NCBI GenBank assembly: GCA_964016885.1
Contig: OZ024746.1
Coordinates: 94,116,001 to 94,180,000, forward strand
Reading direction: 5' to 3'
DNA length: 64,000 bases
Source of the DNA: Eledone cirrhosa
Lineage: Eukaryota
The notes under the pieces were generated by a model. The model ran no database searches. It had not been told where the DNA came from and saw only the letters and a list, made by a program, of their open reading frames with translations. The translations under genes and the position numbers were made by a program. This document shows positions 26,488 to 40,997 of the stretch, piece after piece. Position 1 is the stretch's first letter. Each line of letters begins with the position of its first letter.

Positions 26488-28768
26488 CCCCGAACTCCTC
26501 GAGGCGGTCTACTGCAACTGGCAACAGAACGGAAGAATTCCCTGTGCTGTGACCTAGGGCGTAGTCACGCTAGTGAGGAAGGACGAGAACAAGGGGGACG
26601 ATATAAATACTTTCAGGCCCATAACTCTGCTAAATACAGAGTTACAGATTTTGGCCAAGGTGCTAGCAAAGAGGTTGGCGCTTGTCGTGGGCAACCTGGT
26701 GGGAGATGCGCAGACATGTGCTATCCCGTCCAGGTCCATCCACGATAACCTCCACCTCATGCGATACATCATAGAGAGGGTTGGGAACGAACCCGGCTTT
26801 GGTGGGGCCCTGATCAACTTGGATCAATCTAAGGCATTCGATAGGGTCGACCATGGTTACCTGGATGCGGTGCTAGCGGCGGCAGGCTTCGGACCCGTTT
26901 TCAGGGGCTGGATCAATGCCATGCACAGCAGCCGCATCTGCTCTAGAGTCAAGGTGAACGGCTACCTCTCGGAGCCGTTCGAAATCGCGCGGTCCATCCG
27001 ACAGGGGTGCCCTCTCTCCTCCCTTCTGTATGTAATGACTCTAGAGCCACTGCTGCGGAAGTTGGAGTTGTTGCAGGGCATCCCGTTGGAACCGGGATTG
27101 CGGAAAGCGGTGTCAGCCTACGCCGATGACGTAACAGTAATGGTGTCGACGGCCTCGGAAATCAGGGCGATCGGCACCTTACTGGAGGAGTACGAAAGGT
27201 TTACAGGGGCTAAGCTGAACCGGGACAAGTCGATCGGTCTGCAACTCGGCACGTGGAGGGGCAGATCGATGCCCTCCGATGGCGTTGTCGGGCGCTGGAC
27301 GGAGGGCCCGGTGAAGTTGCTCGGGGTCTGGTTCGGACCAGACCTCCAGGTGGAGAAGAACTGGGGTGAGGTGACGAACAGGGTGTTTGCACTGACCCAG
27401 AAGTGGGCCGAGTGCAAACTGTCCCTGAAAGGACGGGCGGAGGTGGCGAACACTTATATAGCGTCCGTCATCTACTACCGCCTGACCGTTGTGCCTTGCC
27501 CAAGGGAAACGCTCGCCAAAATGGAGCGCGCACTCTTCCAATTCCTTTGGAAGAAGCGGGCTCCTATGGTGAGGAGATCCATCTGCTGTCAACACCCTTC
27601 GAAAGGAGGGCTGGGGATGCCGTGGCTAATGATACGTAAACACGCATTAAGGCTACGGCACCTTCAGGTATTCCTCTCCGGTCAACCGGTGTGGGCCCCG
27701 TTTGTGAGGCGAGCCTTTCCCAGACTCGTCTCACTCACCGAGCTGCAATCCTGGGTCAAGCAAAGACCGAGAAAACTGGGCGCCTGGCACACCGAGTGTG
27801 CCCAGGCACTCACGGCTCTCTGGCAGGCGGACCCGGCTGTCAGTGGAGAATCCACCTCGTCATTCTATAGAGGGCTGGTGGTTAGCAGGTGCGACGACGC
27901 CCTCGGAGAAGCCCTAGGCATGGAGGAAGACGAACTGGCCAACCTGTTCGGTAGGACATTCAGCCCGGGACCCATGGATAACTTCCAGAGGTCCCTGGCC
28001 TGGCAATGCTACAGAAGGGCTCTGCCCGTTCGAGAAAGGCTCTACAGACACGGGCGCCCGGGTAGGGACCCATCGAAAAAGATCTGTCCCAGATGCGTGT
28101 GCGACGAGGAAACCGTTGCACACGCATTGGTACACTGCTCGGGCATTGCCGATCTGTGGGGTTATGTCGAACAACTGCTGTCAAGGGTGGGACCAATCCG
28201 GTTGACCACCGAGTCTATTGTAACGATCAAGCCGCCTCCCCTCTTCAAAAACGAAGGAGAGGCGGTGTTTCTGTGCGTAATAGCCATGGCGAAAGAGGTT
28301 GTATGGTGGACGCGTCTGAAAGGACTGAGGTCAGACACCTTTCTCTCTGGCCAACAACTGGTCCGTTTCTTCCGATATCATTTCGGAAGAAGGATCAGGA
28401 TGGAGAGAGAGGTGCTGCACCCCAGCCGTTTCTATGAAAGATGGGTGAAAGTGGCGAGAATGGCCCGTGTGAATGGGCCTTCACTCTACATCAGACTATA
28501 GGTGAGGAAGATGAAAGACCAAGGGAGCACCCCTTCTCTGTGCTCCTGAGGAGAAGGGTTGCACACTTTTTTCGGGGGTGTGTGCGACCCCCCAAGGCGC
28601 CTCCTCTCTATTGAGGACTTTGTTATAAATTTTATTTTTTGTTATATTTTATTTTATTTTTATATATTGTTATTGCCTCCTCCTTATTGAGGACGCCTTG
28701 TTTTGTAAACTCCCCCCATTGTACTTGTCCCACTTTTGATGCCCTGGTGGCAAATAAAAGAAACATAT
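26488..28768 (+). mobile_element. 5'-truncated Tx1/L1-clade non-LTR retrotransposon
   Basis: RT ORF followed by a 3' UTR ending GTGGCAAATAAAAGAAACATATC, with (TACC)n on both sides. Confidence 0.93.
26573..28501 (+). CDS. Tx1-like ORF2 remnant: reverse transcriptase plus C-terminal zinc knuckle (no endonuclease)
   Basis: [40 protein letters not shown] and [14 protein letters not shown] motifs. The frame extends upstream past one TAG at 26555, which is AAG in the paralogue. Confidence 0.88.
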   Translation: MRKDENKGDDINTFRPITLLNTELQILAKVLAKRLALVVGNLVGDAQTCAIPSRSIHDNLHLMRYIIERVGNEPGFGGALINLDQSKAFDRVDHGYLDAVLAAAGFGPVFRGWINAMHSSRICSRVKVNGYLSEPFEIARSIRQGCPLSSLLYVMTLEPLLRKLELLQGIPLEPGLRKAVSAYADDVTVMVSTASEIRAIGTLLEEYERFTGAKLNRDKSIGLQLGTWRGRSMPSDGVVGRWTEGPVKLLGVWFGPDLQVEKNWGEVTNRVFALTQKWAECKLSLKGRAEVANTYIASVIYYRLTVVPCPRETLAKMERALFQFLWKKRAPMVRRSICCQHPSKGGLGMPWLMIRKHALRLRHLQVFLSGQPVWAPFVRRAFPRLVSLTELQSWVKQRPRKLGAWHTECAQALTALWQADPAVSGESTSSFYRGLVVSRCDDALGEALGMEEDELANLFGRTFSPGPMDNFQRSLAWQCYRRALPVRERLYRHGRPGRDPSKKICPRCVCDEETVAHALVHCSGIADLWGYVEQLLSRVGPIRLTTESIVTIKPPPLFKNEGEAVFLCVIAMAKEVVWWTRLKGLRSDTFLSGQQLVRFFRYHFGRRIRMEREVLHPSRFYERWVKVARMARVNGPSLYIRL

Positions 28769-28913
28769 CTACCTACCTACCTACCTACCTACCTACCTAC
28801 CTACCTACCTACCTACCTACCTACCTACCTACCTACCTACCTACCTGCCTATCAACCTACCTACCTACCTACCTACCTACCTACCTACCTACCTACCTAC
28901 CTACCTACCTATC

Positions 28914-29200
28914 CGAGTGATTGGACCTTCTCTGTATATAAACCTGTAGGTTGAAGAAGAGAACAAAAGGAAGAAAGGAGCACTTGCACAACACGCTCCT
29001 GAAGTTGTGGGTTGTTCTATCTACGAGGTATTAAACAACCCACTTGTGACGCCCCCCCCCCCCCCCACTATTGGGGATTTCGATTGTTATAATTGTTTCA
29101 TTCAATATTTTTACACGACTGTATGTAAAATCCCCGGCATGTGTCTTTGTATTGTCCCCTTTTCTTCTGCGCCCTTGTGGCAAATAAAGAAATCAATCTA
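28914..29200 (+). mobile_element. Tx1-like 3' end fragment
   Basis: Near-identical to 58992-59270; ends GTGGCAAATAAAGAAATC-(TATC). Confidence 0.8.
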
Positions 29201-29210
29201 TCTATCTATC

Positions 29211-30600
29211 ATGAAGGCTGCGTTAACAGAAGCAAAATACGTGCTCTGAGAAACGAGGGAGCCAAAGCTGTTAGCTGGGCCCGAGTGACGGAGGAGAAAA
29301 GTGGCAACAAGTCCACGATTCGGTCTTTGAAGGACCAAGACGGACGCGTGATACGTGAGCCGAAGCAAATTGCGCGGCCTTTCAGCGGCACTTTTCTCAA
29401 CTGTTCGGGCAGGGCGGCGTGCCGGGAGGGGCTATGGATTTCGGTCCATACCTCGCCGGCCTACCGCGACTCTCGGACAGCGAGGCGAAGTTCGGCGAAA
29501 GGCCGATTTCGGCCGCTGAGATAGGGGACGCGCTGAGCCAATGCGGCAAACGCAAATCTCCAGGTCTCGATGGTCTACCCTACGAATTTTACGTAGCAAT
29601 GCCGGACTTGTTCTCCGGTCTCCTGGAAGCGGTCTACTGCAACTGGCAGCAGAACGGGAGAATTCCCAGTTCTGTGACCAAGGACGTAGTCACGTTAGTC
29701 AGGAAGGACGAGAATAAGGGGGATGACATAGGCAACTTCCGGCCCATAACTCTGCTAAACACAGAGTTACAGATTTTGGCCAAGGTGTTAGCAAAGAGGC
29801 TGGCGCTTGTCGTCGAAAACCTGGTGGGAGAAGCGCAGACATGCGCAATCCCGACCAGGTCCATACACGACAACCTCCACCCAATTCAATACATCATAGA
29901 GAAGGTAGGGTGTAAACCCGGCTTCGGTGGGGCCCTGATCAACCCTGATCAGTCTAAGGCTTTCGATAGGGTTGACTATCGTTACCTGGATGCGGTGCTC
30001 GAGGCGGTAGGCTTCGGACCCGTGTTCAGGGGCTGGATTGCTGCAATGCACAGCAGCAACATCTGCTCAAGGTTCAAGGTGAACGGCTACCTCTCGAGCC
30101 GTTCCATATCACGCGATCCATCCGACAGGGATGCCCTCTCTCCTCCCTTCTGTACGTACTAACTCTCGAGCCACTACTGCGGAAGTTGGAGCTATTGCAG
30201 GACATTCCTTTGGAACCGGAACTGCGAAAAGCGGCGTCGGCCTACGCCGACTACGTGACAGTAATGGTGTCGAGCACCTCGCAAATCGGGGAGATCGGCA
30301 CCTTACTGGAGGAATATGAAAGGTTCACAGGAGTGGTTGGGCCTGCTCTCTATATAAGCCTGTAGGTTGAGGAAAAAGAGGAAGAAAGGAAGGGAGTACT
30401 CACTCTTGGTGCTCCTGGAGATGAGTGCTGTACATTTTTTACGGGGTGTGTACAACCCCTGTGTAACACCTCCCCCCTATTGGGGATATCAATTGTTATT
30501 TGTTATTTTATTAATAGTTTTATTTTCATATACCTGTATGTAAACTCCCCATTTGTATTTTCCCCCTTCTTTTGTGCCCTTGTGGCTAATAAAGAAATGT
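29211..30600 (+). pseudogene. Frameshifted, internally deleted Tx1-like element
   Basis: [21 protein letters not shown] and DQSKAFDRV motifs; jumps at ~30332 from mid-RT to the ORF end and 3' UTR. Confidence 0.88.
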
Positions 30601-30835
30601 ATCTACCTACCTACCTACCTACCTCCCTACCTACCAACCTACCTATCTACCTACATCCCTACCTACCTACATCCCATCTCTCTCCTCCTTTCTCACCCCC
30701 TCCCTCCCTCCCTCCTCCTTTCTCACTCCCTCTCTCCTCCCCCCTCTTTCACTCTCTCTAGTCTCTACTAAACCAACTTGTACTCTTATGTAAATCAAAC
30801 TAAAACAATGAAGAATGTAAGAAAGAATCAGAAGT

Positions 30836-30957
30836 GGAAGAAGAAGAAAAAGAAGAAGAAGAAGAAGAAGAAGAAGAAGAAGAAGAAGGTGATGATGATA
30901 AAGTGAAAGAGAAGGATGTAGAGGAAAGAACCAGAAGAGCACAGGGACGAAGAAAAC

Positions 30958-30997
<40 letters not shown>

Positions 30998-31030
30998 AAG
31001 AAGAAGAAGAAGAAGAAGAAGAAGAAGAAG

Positions 31031-31062
<32 letters not shown>

Positions 31063-31330
31063 GAAGTAGTAATAGTAGTAGTAGAAGTAGTAGTATTGGT
31101 GGTGGTGGTGGTAGTAGTAGTAGTAGTTGTAGTAGTAGTAGTAGTAGTAGTAGAAGCAGCAGCAGCAGCAGCAGCAGCAGAAGAAGAAGAAGAAGAAGAA
31201 GAAGAAGAAGAAGAAGAAGAAGAAGAAGAAGAAGAAGAAGAAGAAGAAGAAGAAGAAGAAGAAGAAGAAGAAGAAGAAGAAGAAGAAGAAGAAGAAGAAG
31301 AAGAAGAAGAAGAAGAAGAAGAAGAGGAGG
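30836..31330. repeat. Compound (GAA)/(GTA)/(GCA)/(GGT) microsatellite
   Basis: Direct. Confidence 0.95.
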
Positions 31331-31486
31331 ACAAAGGAGATGAAGATAAAGAAAATGAAGGAGGAGTAAAAGAAAAGAAAGAAAGAACCTGGTTTTAATG
31401 TCTACGGATATTAAAACCAGTTTCCTCAGCCGCCACCCCCGGGGAAGTAACCAGTGTCATCTCCTACAATTCCTGTATTGCTAGAT

Positions 31487-34400
31487 GATACACACACACT
31501 GGTCGACTGACACACACACACTGGTCGACTAATACACACACTGGTCGACTGACACACACACACTGGTCGACTGATACACACACTGGTCGACTGACACACA
31601 CACACTGGTCGACTAATATACACACTGGTCGACTGACACACACACACAGGTCGACTAATATACACACTGGTCGACTGACACACACACACACAGGTCGACT
31701 AATACACACACTGGTCGACTGATACACACACTGGTCGACTGATACACACACACAGGTCGACTAATATACACACTGGTCGACTGACACACACACACAGGTC
31801 GACTAATATACACACTGGTCGACTGATACACACACTGGTCGACTGACACACACACACAGGTCGACTAATATACACACTGGTCGACTGACACACACACACA
31901 GGTCGACTGATACACACACTGGTCGACTGACACACACACACTGGTCGACTAATATACACACTGGTCGACTGACACACACACACTGGTCGACTAATATACA
32001 CACTGGTCGACTGACACACACACACAGGTCGACTAATATACACACTGGTCGACTGACACACACACACAGGTCGACTAATACACACACTGGTCGACTGACA
32101 CACACACACAGGTCGACTAATATACACACTGGTCGACTGATACACACACTGGTCGACTGACACACACACACTGGTCGACTAATATACACACTGGTCGACT
32201 GACACACACACACAGGTCGACTAATATACACACTGGTCGACTGACACACACACACAGGTCGACTAATACACACACTGGTCGACTGACACACACACACAGG
32301 TCGACTAATACACACACTGGTCGACTGACACACACACACAGGTCGACTAATATACACACTGGTCGACTGATACACACACTGGTCGACTGACACACACACA
32401 CTGGTCGACTAATATACACACTGGTCGACTGACACACACACACTGGTCGACTAATATACACACTGGTCGACTGACACACACACACAGGTCGACTAATATA
32501 CACACTGGTCGACTGACACACACACACAGGTCGACTAATACACACACTGGTCGACTGACACACACACACAGGTCGACTAATATACACACTGGTCGACTGA
32601 TACACACACTGGTCGACTGACACACACACACTGGTCGACTAATATACACACTGGTCGACTGACACACACACACAGGTCGACTAATATACACACTGGTCGA
32701 CTGACACACACACACAGGTCGACTAATACACACACTGGTCGACTGACACACACACACAGGTCGACTAATACACACACTGGTCGACTGATACACACACACA
32801 GGTCGACTAATATACACACTGGTCGACTGATACACACACTGGTCGACTGACACACACACACTGGTCGACTAATATACACACTGGTCGACTGACACACACA
32901 CACAGGTCGACTAATATACACACTGGTCGACTGACACACACACACAGGTCGACTAATACACACACTGGTCGACTGACACACACACACAGGTCGACTAATA
33001 TACACACTGGTCGACTGATACACACACTGGTCGACTGACACACACACACTGGCCGACTAATACACACACACTGGTCGACTGTACACACTGGTCGACTGAT
33101 ACACACACTGGTCGACTGACACACACACACAGGTCGACTAATATACACACTGGTCGACTGATACACACACTGGTCGACTGACACACACACACAGGTCGAC
33201 TAATATACACACTGGTCGACTGACACACACACACAGGTCGACTAATACACACACTGGTCGACTGACACACACACACAGGTCGACTAATATACACACTGGT
33301 CGACTGATACACACACTGGTCGACTGACACACACACACTGGTCGACTAATATACACACTGGTCGACTGATACACACACTGGTCGACTGACACACACACAC
33401 TGGTCGACTAATATACACACTGGTCGACTGATACACACACTGGTCGACTGACACACACACACTGGTCGACTAATATACACACTGGTCGACTGATACACAC
33501 ACTGGTCGACTGACACACACACACAGGTCGACTAATATACACACTGGTCGACTGATACACACACTGGTCGACTGACACACACACACTGGTCGACTAATAT
33601 ACACACTGGTCGACTGATACACACACTGGTCGACTGACACACACACACTGGTCGACTAATATACACACTGGTCGACTGACACACACACACAGGTCGACTA
33701 ATATACACACTGGTCGACTGACACACACACACAGGTCGACTAATACACACACTGGTCGACTGACACACACACACAGGTCGACTAATATACACACTGGTCG
33801 ACTGATACACACACTGGTCGACTGACACACACACACTGGCCGACTAATACACACACACTGGTCGACTGTACACACTGGTCGACTGATACACACACTGGTC
33901 GACTGACACACACACACAGGTCGACTAATATACACACTGGTCGACTGATACACACACTGGTCGACTGACACACACACACTGGTCGACTAATATACACACT
34001 GGTCGACTGACACACACACACAGGTCGACTAATATACACACTGGTCGACTGACACACACACACAGGTCGACTAATACACACACTGGTCGACTGACACACA
34101 CACACAGGTCGACTAATACACACACTGGTCGACTGACACACACACACAGGTCGACTAATATACACACTGGTCGACTGATACACACACTGGTCGACTGACA
34201 CACACACACTGGCCGACTAATACACACACACTGGTCGACTGTACACACTGGTCGACTGATACACACACTGGTCGACTGACACACACACACTGGTCGACTA
34301 ATATACACACTGGTCGACTGACACACACACACAGGTCGACTAATATACACACTGGTCGACTGACACACACACACAGGTCGACTAATACACACACTGGTCG

Positions 34401-35682
34401 ACTGACACACACACACAGGTCGACTAATACACACACTGGTCGACTGACACACACACACAGGTCGACTAATATACACACTGGTCGACTGATACACACACTG
34501 GTCGACTGACACACACACACTGGCCGACTAATACACACACACTGGTCGACTGTACACACTGGTCGACTGATACACACACTGGTCGACTGACACACACACA
34601 CAGGTCGACTAATATACACACTGGTCGACTGATACACACACACTGGTCGACTAATACACATACACTGGCCGACTGTACACACTGGTCGACTGATACACAC
34701 ACTGGTTGACTAATACACACACTGGTCGACTAATACACACACTGGTCGACTGATACACATACACTGGTCGACTAATACACACACTGGTCGACTAATACAC
34801 ACACTGGTCGACTGATACACATACACTGGTCGACTAATACACACACTGGTCGACTGTACACACTGGTCGACTGATACACACACTGGTCGACTAATACACA
34901 CACACTGCTCGACTGTACACACACACTGGTCGACTGTACACACACTGGTCGACTGTACACACACACTGGTCGACTGTACACACTGGTCGACTAATACACA
35001 CACTAGTCGACTGATACACATACACTGGTCGACTAATACACACACACTGGTCGACTGTACACACTGGTCGACTAATACACACACTGGTCGACTGATACAC
35101 ATACACTGGTCGACTAATACACACACTAGTCGACTAATACACACACTGGTCGACTGATACACATACACTGCTCGACTAATACACACACTGGTCGACTAAT
35201 ACACACACTGGTCGACTGATACACATACACTGGTCGACTAATACACACACTAGTCGACTAATACACACACTGGTCGACTAATACACACACTAGTCGACTG
35301 ATACACATACACTGGTCGACTGTACACACACACTGGTCGACTGTACACACTGGTCGACTAATACACACACTGGTCGACTGATACACATACACTGGTCGAC
35401 TAATACACACACTGGTCGACTAATACACACACTGGTCGACTGATACACATACACTGGTCGACTAATACACACACTGGTCGACTGTACACACTGGTCGACT
35501 GATACACACACTGGTCGACTAATACACACACACTGCTCGACTGTACACACACACTGGTCGACTGTACACACACTGGTCGACTGTACACACACACTGGTCG
35601 ACTGTACACACTGGTCGACTAATACACACACACTGGTCGACTGTACACACACTGGTCGACTGTACACACACAATGGTCGACT
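31487..35682. repeat. 4.2-kb minisatellite of 17-22-bp units, GGTCGACT core plus (CA) spacer, with higher-order structure
   Basis: Roughly 200 units; a 230-bp period is visible at 31.9-32.9 kb. Confidence 0.97.
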
Positions 35683-35715
35683 TTACTACCATATAGAGAA
35701 CTTACGTCAACACAG

Positions 35716-35718
35716 AAT

Positions 35719-35776
<58 letters not shown>

Positions 35777-35790
35777 GCAGCAGCAGCAGC

Positions 35791-35829
<39 letters not shown>

Positions 35830-36940
35830 TATAATAACAAGAGTAAGGGGTGGGGTGGTGAGAAGATAAAGAATATCTAGAACAAAGAGAGAATACAATG
35901 GATGGTTGTGATGGTGGTGGTGGTGGTGGTAGTAGTAGTGGTGGTGGTGATGGTGGTGGTGGTAGTAGAAGTGGTGGTGGTGGTGGTGGTGATGGTGGTG
36001 GCGTGGTAGTAGTAGTGGTGGTGTTGATGGTGGTGGTGGTAGTAGAAGTGGTGGTGGTATTAGTGTTGGTGGTGGTGGTGATGGTGGTGGCGGTGGTGAT
36101 GGCGGTGATGGCGGTGTTGGTGTTGGTGGTGATGGTGGTGGTATTGGGAGTGGTGGTTGTGGTGGTGGCGATGGTGGCAGTGGTGATGGCGGTAGTGGTG
36201 GTGTTTGCGGCGGTGGTGCTGGTGTTGATAGTGGTTGTGGTGGTGGTAGTGGTGGTAGTGGTCCTGATGGTGGCGGTGGTGGCGGTGGTGCTGGTGATGG
36301 TGCTGATGGTGATTATGGTGGTGGTGGTGGTGGTGATGTCGGTGATGGTGGTGGTTGTGGTGGTGGCGGTGGTGATGGTGGTGGTGTTGTTGGTTGTGAT
36401 GATGGTGGTGGTGGGGTGGTGGCGTTGGTGATGGTGGTTGTGGTGATGGTGGTGGTGATGGTGCTGGTGGTGGTGTTGATGGTTGTGGAAGAGGTGATGG
36501 TGGTAGTGTTGATGGTTCTGATGGTGGCGATGGTGGTGATGGCGGTGGTGGTGTTGGTGATGGCGGTGGTGGTGGTGATGGCGGTGGTGGTGGTGGTGGT
36601 GGTGGTGGTGGTGGTGGCGGTGGTGGTGTTGGTGATGGCGGTGGTGGTGGTGGTAGTGGTGGTGGTGGTGGTGGTGGCGGTGGCGGTGTTGGTGATGGCG
36701 GTGGTGGTGGTGGTAGTGGTGGTGGTGGTGGTGATGTCGGTGGTGGTGATGTCGATGGTGGTGCTGGTGGTGATATCGGTGGTGGTGGTTGTGATGGTGT
36801 TGGTGATGGTGGTGGTGATGGTGGTGGCGGTGGTGGTTGTGGTGTTGGTGAAGGCGGTGCTGGTGGTAGTGATGTCTGTGATGGTGGTGGTGGTAGTGTC
36901 GGTGATGATGATGATAGTGGAGGTGGTCATGGTGATGATA

Positions 36941-36975
<35 letters not shown>

Positions 36976-37050
36976 AATGTTGACGATCATGGTGGTGTTG
37001 CTGGTGATGATGATGTTAATGCTGGTTATGATGATGATGATGATGTTGGA
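35716..37050. repeat. (AAC)n followed by a degenerate (GGT/GAT/GGC)n mosaic
   Basis: Direct. Confidence 0.92.
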
Positions 37051-38046
37051 TTTTCTCACTATCTTTGGGAGTCTCGGCATTGGTAGTGTGGGGTGCATTT
37101 ATTTATTAGCAAATACACAGCGAGGTCAGAGTTGGGGGGGGTGGGGTGGAGGTAATGGCGGCGGCGGCGGCGGGTTTAATCCAGTCCTTCCATGTGATAT
37201 ATGACGTAACAAGAAAATGGCGGACGATTGGTACACAATAACATGTATTGTTTCTTAGAAGAAAGAATGGAAGGACGTGGGAGAACCATCAAGGGAAGCA
37301 GTGCATTGTTGTTGTTGTTGTTGTTGATTATGATGATGATGATGATGATAAGGAGGAGGTAGGGGAGGAGAGGAGGGTGCGGAGGATAAAAATGATGATG
37401 AAGACGGTAAAGACAACGGTGACGATGGCCAGAGGACTGGAGGTGATGGTGGTGATGACAACAACGGTTAAATAACAAATAATAATTGTTTCTACTTTTG
37501 GCACAAGGCCAGCCATCACCCCAGTGTATTACTGGTACTTCATTTTATCGACCCCGTAAGGATGAAAAGCAAAGTTAACCTCGGCGGGATTTGAACTCAG
37601 GCTGTAAAGGACAATAACTCTATGCTACAAACCAATTGTTACTACTTTTGGCACAAGACCAGCAATTACCCAGTACATTACTGGTACTTTATTTTATCGA
37701 CCCCGTAAGGATGAAAGGCAAAGTTAACCTGTGATAATAATGATTTCATTTATAGCCTATAGTGATAATAATAATAATTGTTTCTACTTTTGGCACAAGG
37801 CCAGCAGTTTGAAGGGGAGGGAAAGTTGATTAAATCGACCCCAGTGCGTCACTGATACCAAGCTTTTTATTTCCCTTGGACGACATCGGTTGCCTAGGGA
37901 GAGGATATTGGAATGCATGGGCGGCTGCTGGTCTTCCACAAAAACACTTTGCCCGGATTTATGCTTCGGAAAGGAACTTTCTTGGTGCAAAACCCACGAT
38001 CATTTGACCGAAGAAGGTCTTTCTTCTCGCTCTCTCTTTTCCCCTT

Positions 38047-38086
<40 letters not shown>

Positions 38087-40997
38087 CACATACACACACA
38101 CACACAGGGAAAATGTGATTTAAAAAATGCGGTTCATTTCCCTGGCATAGTTTTAATTCTGGGCGAAAAAAAGACCAAAGCATGTAGAGTTTTTTCAGGA
38201 GGTTGCCCTATACCCGTCTGGCATAGCGTTCGGTGAAAGTCCTACATTAGTAATCTATAGATGATTAGTGGTGGGGGAAGTGTAACGACGTTCTCGGGGA
38301 AAACCTGGCTGTTAATGAGAATGAGCTGGCTGGTCTGTTCCGAAGAACCTTCGGCCGGGGTTTATAGAAGACACCCAGAAGTCTCTGGTGGCCTTTCAGT
38401 TCTGATAAAACTCAACATGTATGGAAGTGCTGTCAATCGGGTCTATTTGAATGTGCATAGATCAACGAAACTGTTTTGCAGGCACTCGCTCAATGCCCAT
38501 GTATTGCTTAATTGTGGAATTATCTTAATAAAAGCAACATTTATCTACGTTGAAATCCCGCCGACCTCACTTTGGCCATTCACTCTTTCGAGATCTACAA
38601 ATAATTATTTCTACATTTGGCAAAAGGCCAGCCATTTGCAGGAAAGGGAAAGTCTACTAAATCAAGCCCCAGTGCGTTACTGGTATTTTATTTTATCGAC
38701 TCCATAAGGATGAAATGCAAAGTTAACCTTGACGGGATTTTAAATCAGAACGTAAAGGGCCATAACTAAATGGTACAAAGTATTTTGTCTGACACTCTAC
38801 CGATTCTGCCAATCCACCGCCCTATACTCTACCAGTACTGGAGTTGATTTTCACTCTGACCCACACTCTGTCTCTCCGTGGAAGAAATTGGCTGTTTCGA
38901 CCTGGAGATGAATGAGTTTCGTCAGGTTTAAAATACCCCAAAACATATCGTGTGTCATGACGGGTTCTCTACGACTCTACCACGAGTGAAGGACTAAAAT
39001 AAAGTATTGTTTTAGCAGTGATGGCGTGAGAATATTTAACGGTGCGTTGAGTGTCTGGATTTCCAAGTTCTCCAGTAAAAAAAAAAAACAGAAGATAAAT
39101 TTATGAAAAAAATTAAAACAATGTGTTTGACTTTTTCATTTGTTTTCTTGGTTGCAGCTATTAAGAACGACAGCAACAACAACAACATTGACAAATAATA
39201 ACACAACAAACAATGGCAACAACATCCCCACCCCCTCAACAACAACAACAACAACAGTCACCGCTACCGCCGCCCCTACTTCCAACGCCCTCGCCGCCGC
39301 CACCACCACTGCCACCACCGACCATCACTATAACCACCACCTACAACTGCCACCGTCGCCACCACCGCCACAGCCACCACCACAGCCACCACCGCCGCCA
39401 CCACCACCACCACCACCACCACCACCGACGCCACCGTCCACTGCTACAACAACCACCACCACCACCACCATCACCACCGTCCACTGCTACAACAACCACC
39501 ACCACCACCACCATCATCACCGTCCACTGCTACAAACACCACTACCACCGACGCCACCACCACCGTCCACCGCTACCACCACCACCACCACTACCACCAC
39601 TATTTATATAAGTAATGTGTTCGATAGGATCGACTAAATGAAGCTGTTACCCCAGCATGGCCGCAATCTAATGACTGAAAGCAGTAAAAGAATAAAAGAA
39701 TAAACAATAACAATATGGCGGCGACTCAATCACTTCTAAACTGTTAAGATCTATTTGCTGTCTTTATTTGGTTACTTGTTCAATAAGCTTGTTTGTTTGG
39801 AGATCTGGCTGTTGTTTCGTCGTCTATACACAGTTTGTGACTGAATGCGACTTTTCACTGCCATGTTGTTTTCCAGAGAAATTTGCCTTATTATAACTTT
39901 CTTTTCTTCGCTTTCTATATATTTTTTTTATCTTGTAGATTTTGTTCCCGTTGCCACCAGCAAACTAAAGTTACATATGTGACATGCTTTTGATGTTTGC
40001 TTAAGAATTTTAACGAAAGTCGCTAGAAAACATTTCCAAAATGAAGTTATTGTTGTGAAGGGAGGACGATAAATATAAAGAAATAATGCAAAGAATAGCC
40101 ACGAAAAAAAGAAAAAGAAAACAAACAAACAAACAGAAGAGATATAAATTCTCTTCATTCCAAAATATTTCTATCCAGACACACACAATCACCTTTAAAG
40201 TTGTGTACACATTCTTATGTTTGCTTCAGAAAGCGAGGGCAACATATTGAAGAGATAATGTTAAAAACGTGTTCTGTTGCTGTTGTTGTTGTTGTTGTGA
40301 TTCTGTTGTTGCTGTTGTTGTTACTGTGGTGATGCTTGTTGCTCTTAAGGTTGTTGTTGATGATGATGATGCCTTATTTTTCAATAAGTTAGCTAAAGTA
40401 AGAGGGGAGAGAGAGGTGGGGATTGGCAGAATTGGTAGACCATTGGATAAAATGCTGTTGTGGTATTTGAACTGGCTTTTTACATTCTGAGTTCAAATCC
40501 CGCTGCTGTCAACTTTAACTTTCATCCTTCTGGGGTCGATAAAATACAGAACCAATCAAGTACTAAGGTTGACTTAATAAACTTTGCCCTTCTTCCAAAT
40601 TTGCTGGATATTTGTCCAAATTAAAAATCAATAACCTAACTAGATGAGGAGGAGGATGAGAGAGAGAGAGAGGGTGAGAGAGAGAGGGGGTGAAAGAGAG
40701 AGAGTGAGAGGGTGAAAGAGAGAGAGAGAGAGAGAGAGAGAGGGTGAAAGAGAGAGAGAGAGAGAGCGGGAGAGTGAGAGACAGAGAGGGTGAAAGAGAG
40801 AGAGAGAGGGGGAGGGTGTGAGAGAAAGAGAGAGAGAGAGAGAGGGTGAAAGAGAGATAGAGAGAGTGAGAGGGTGAAAGAGAGAGAGAGAGAGAGAGAG
40901 AGAGGGGGAAAGAGAGAGAGAGAGCGGGAGGGTGAGAGACAGAGAGAGTGAAAGAGAGAGAGAGAGAGAGGGTGTGGACATTTATAATATCTCTCAG

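Noticed and set aside
31487-35682. CRISPR-like array (palindromic repeat with variable spacers)
   Set aside because: Spacers are only 7-14 nt of (CA)-type sequence and recur; there are no cas genes and the context is eukaryotic
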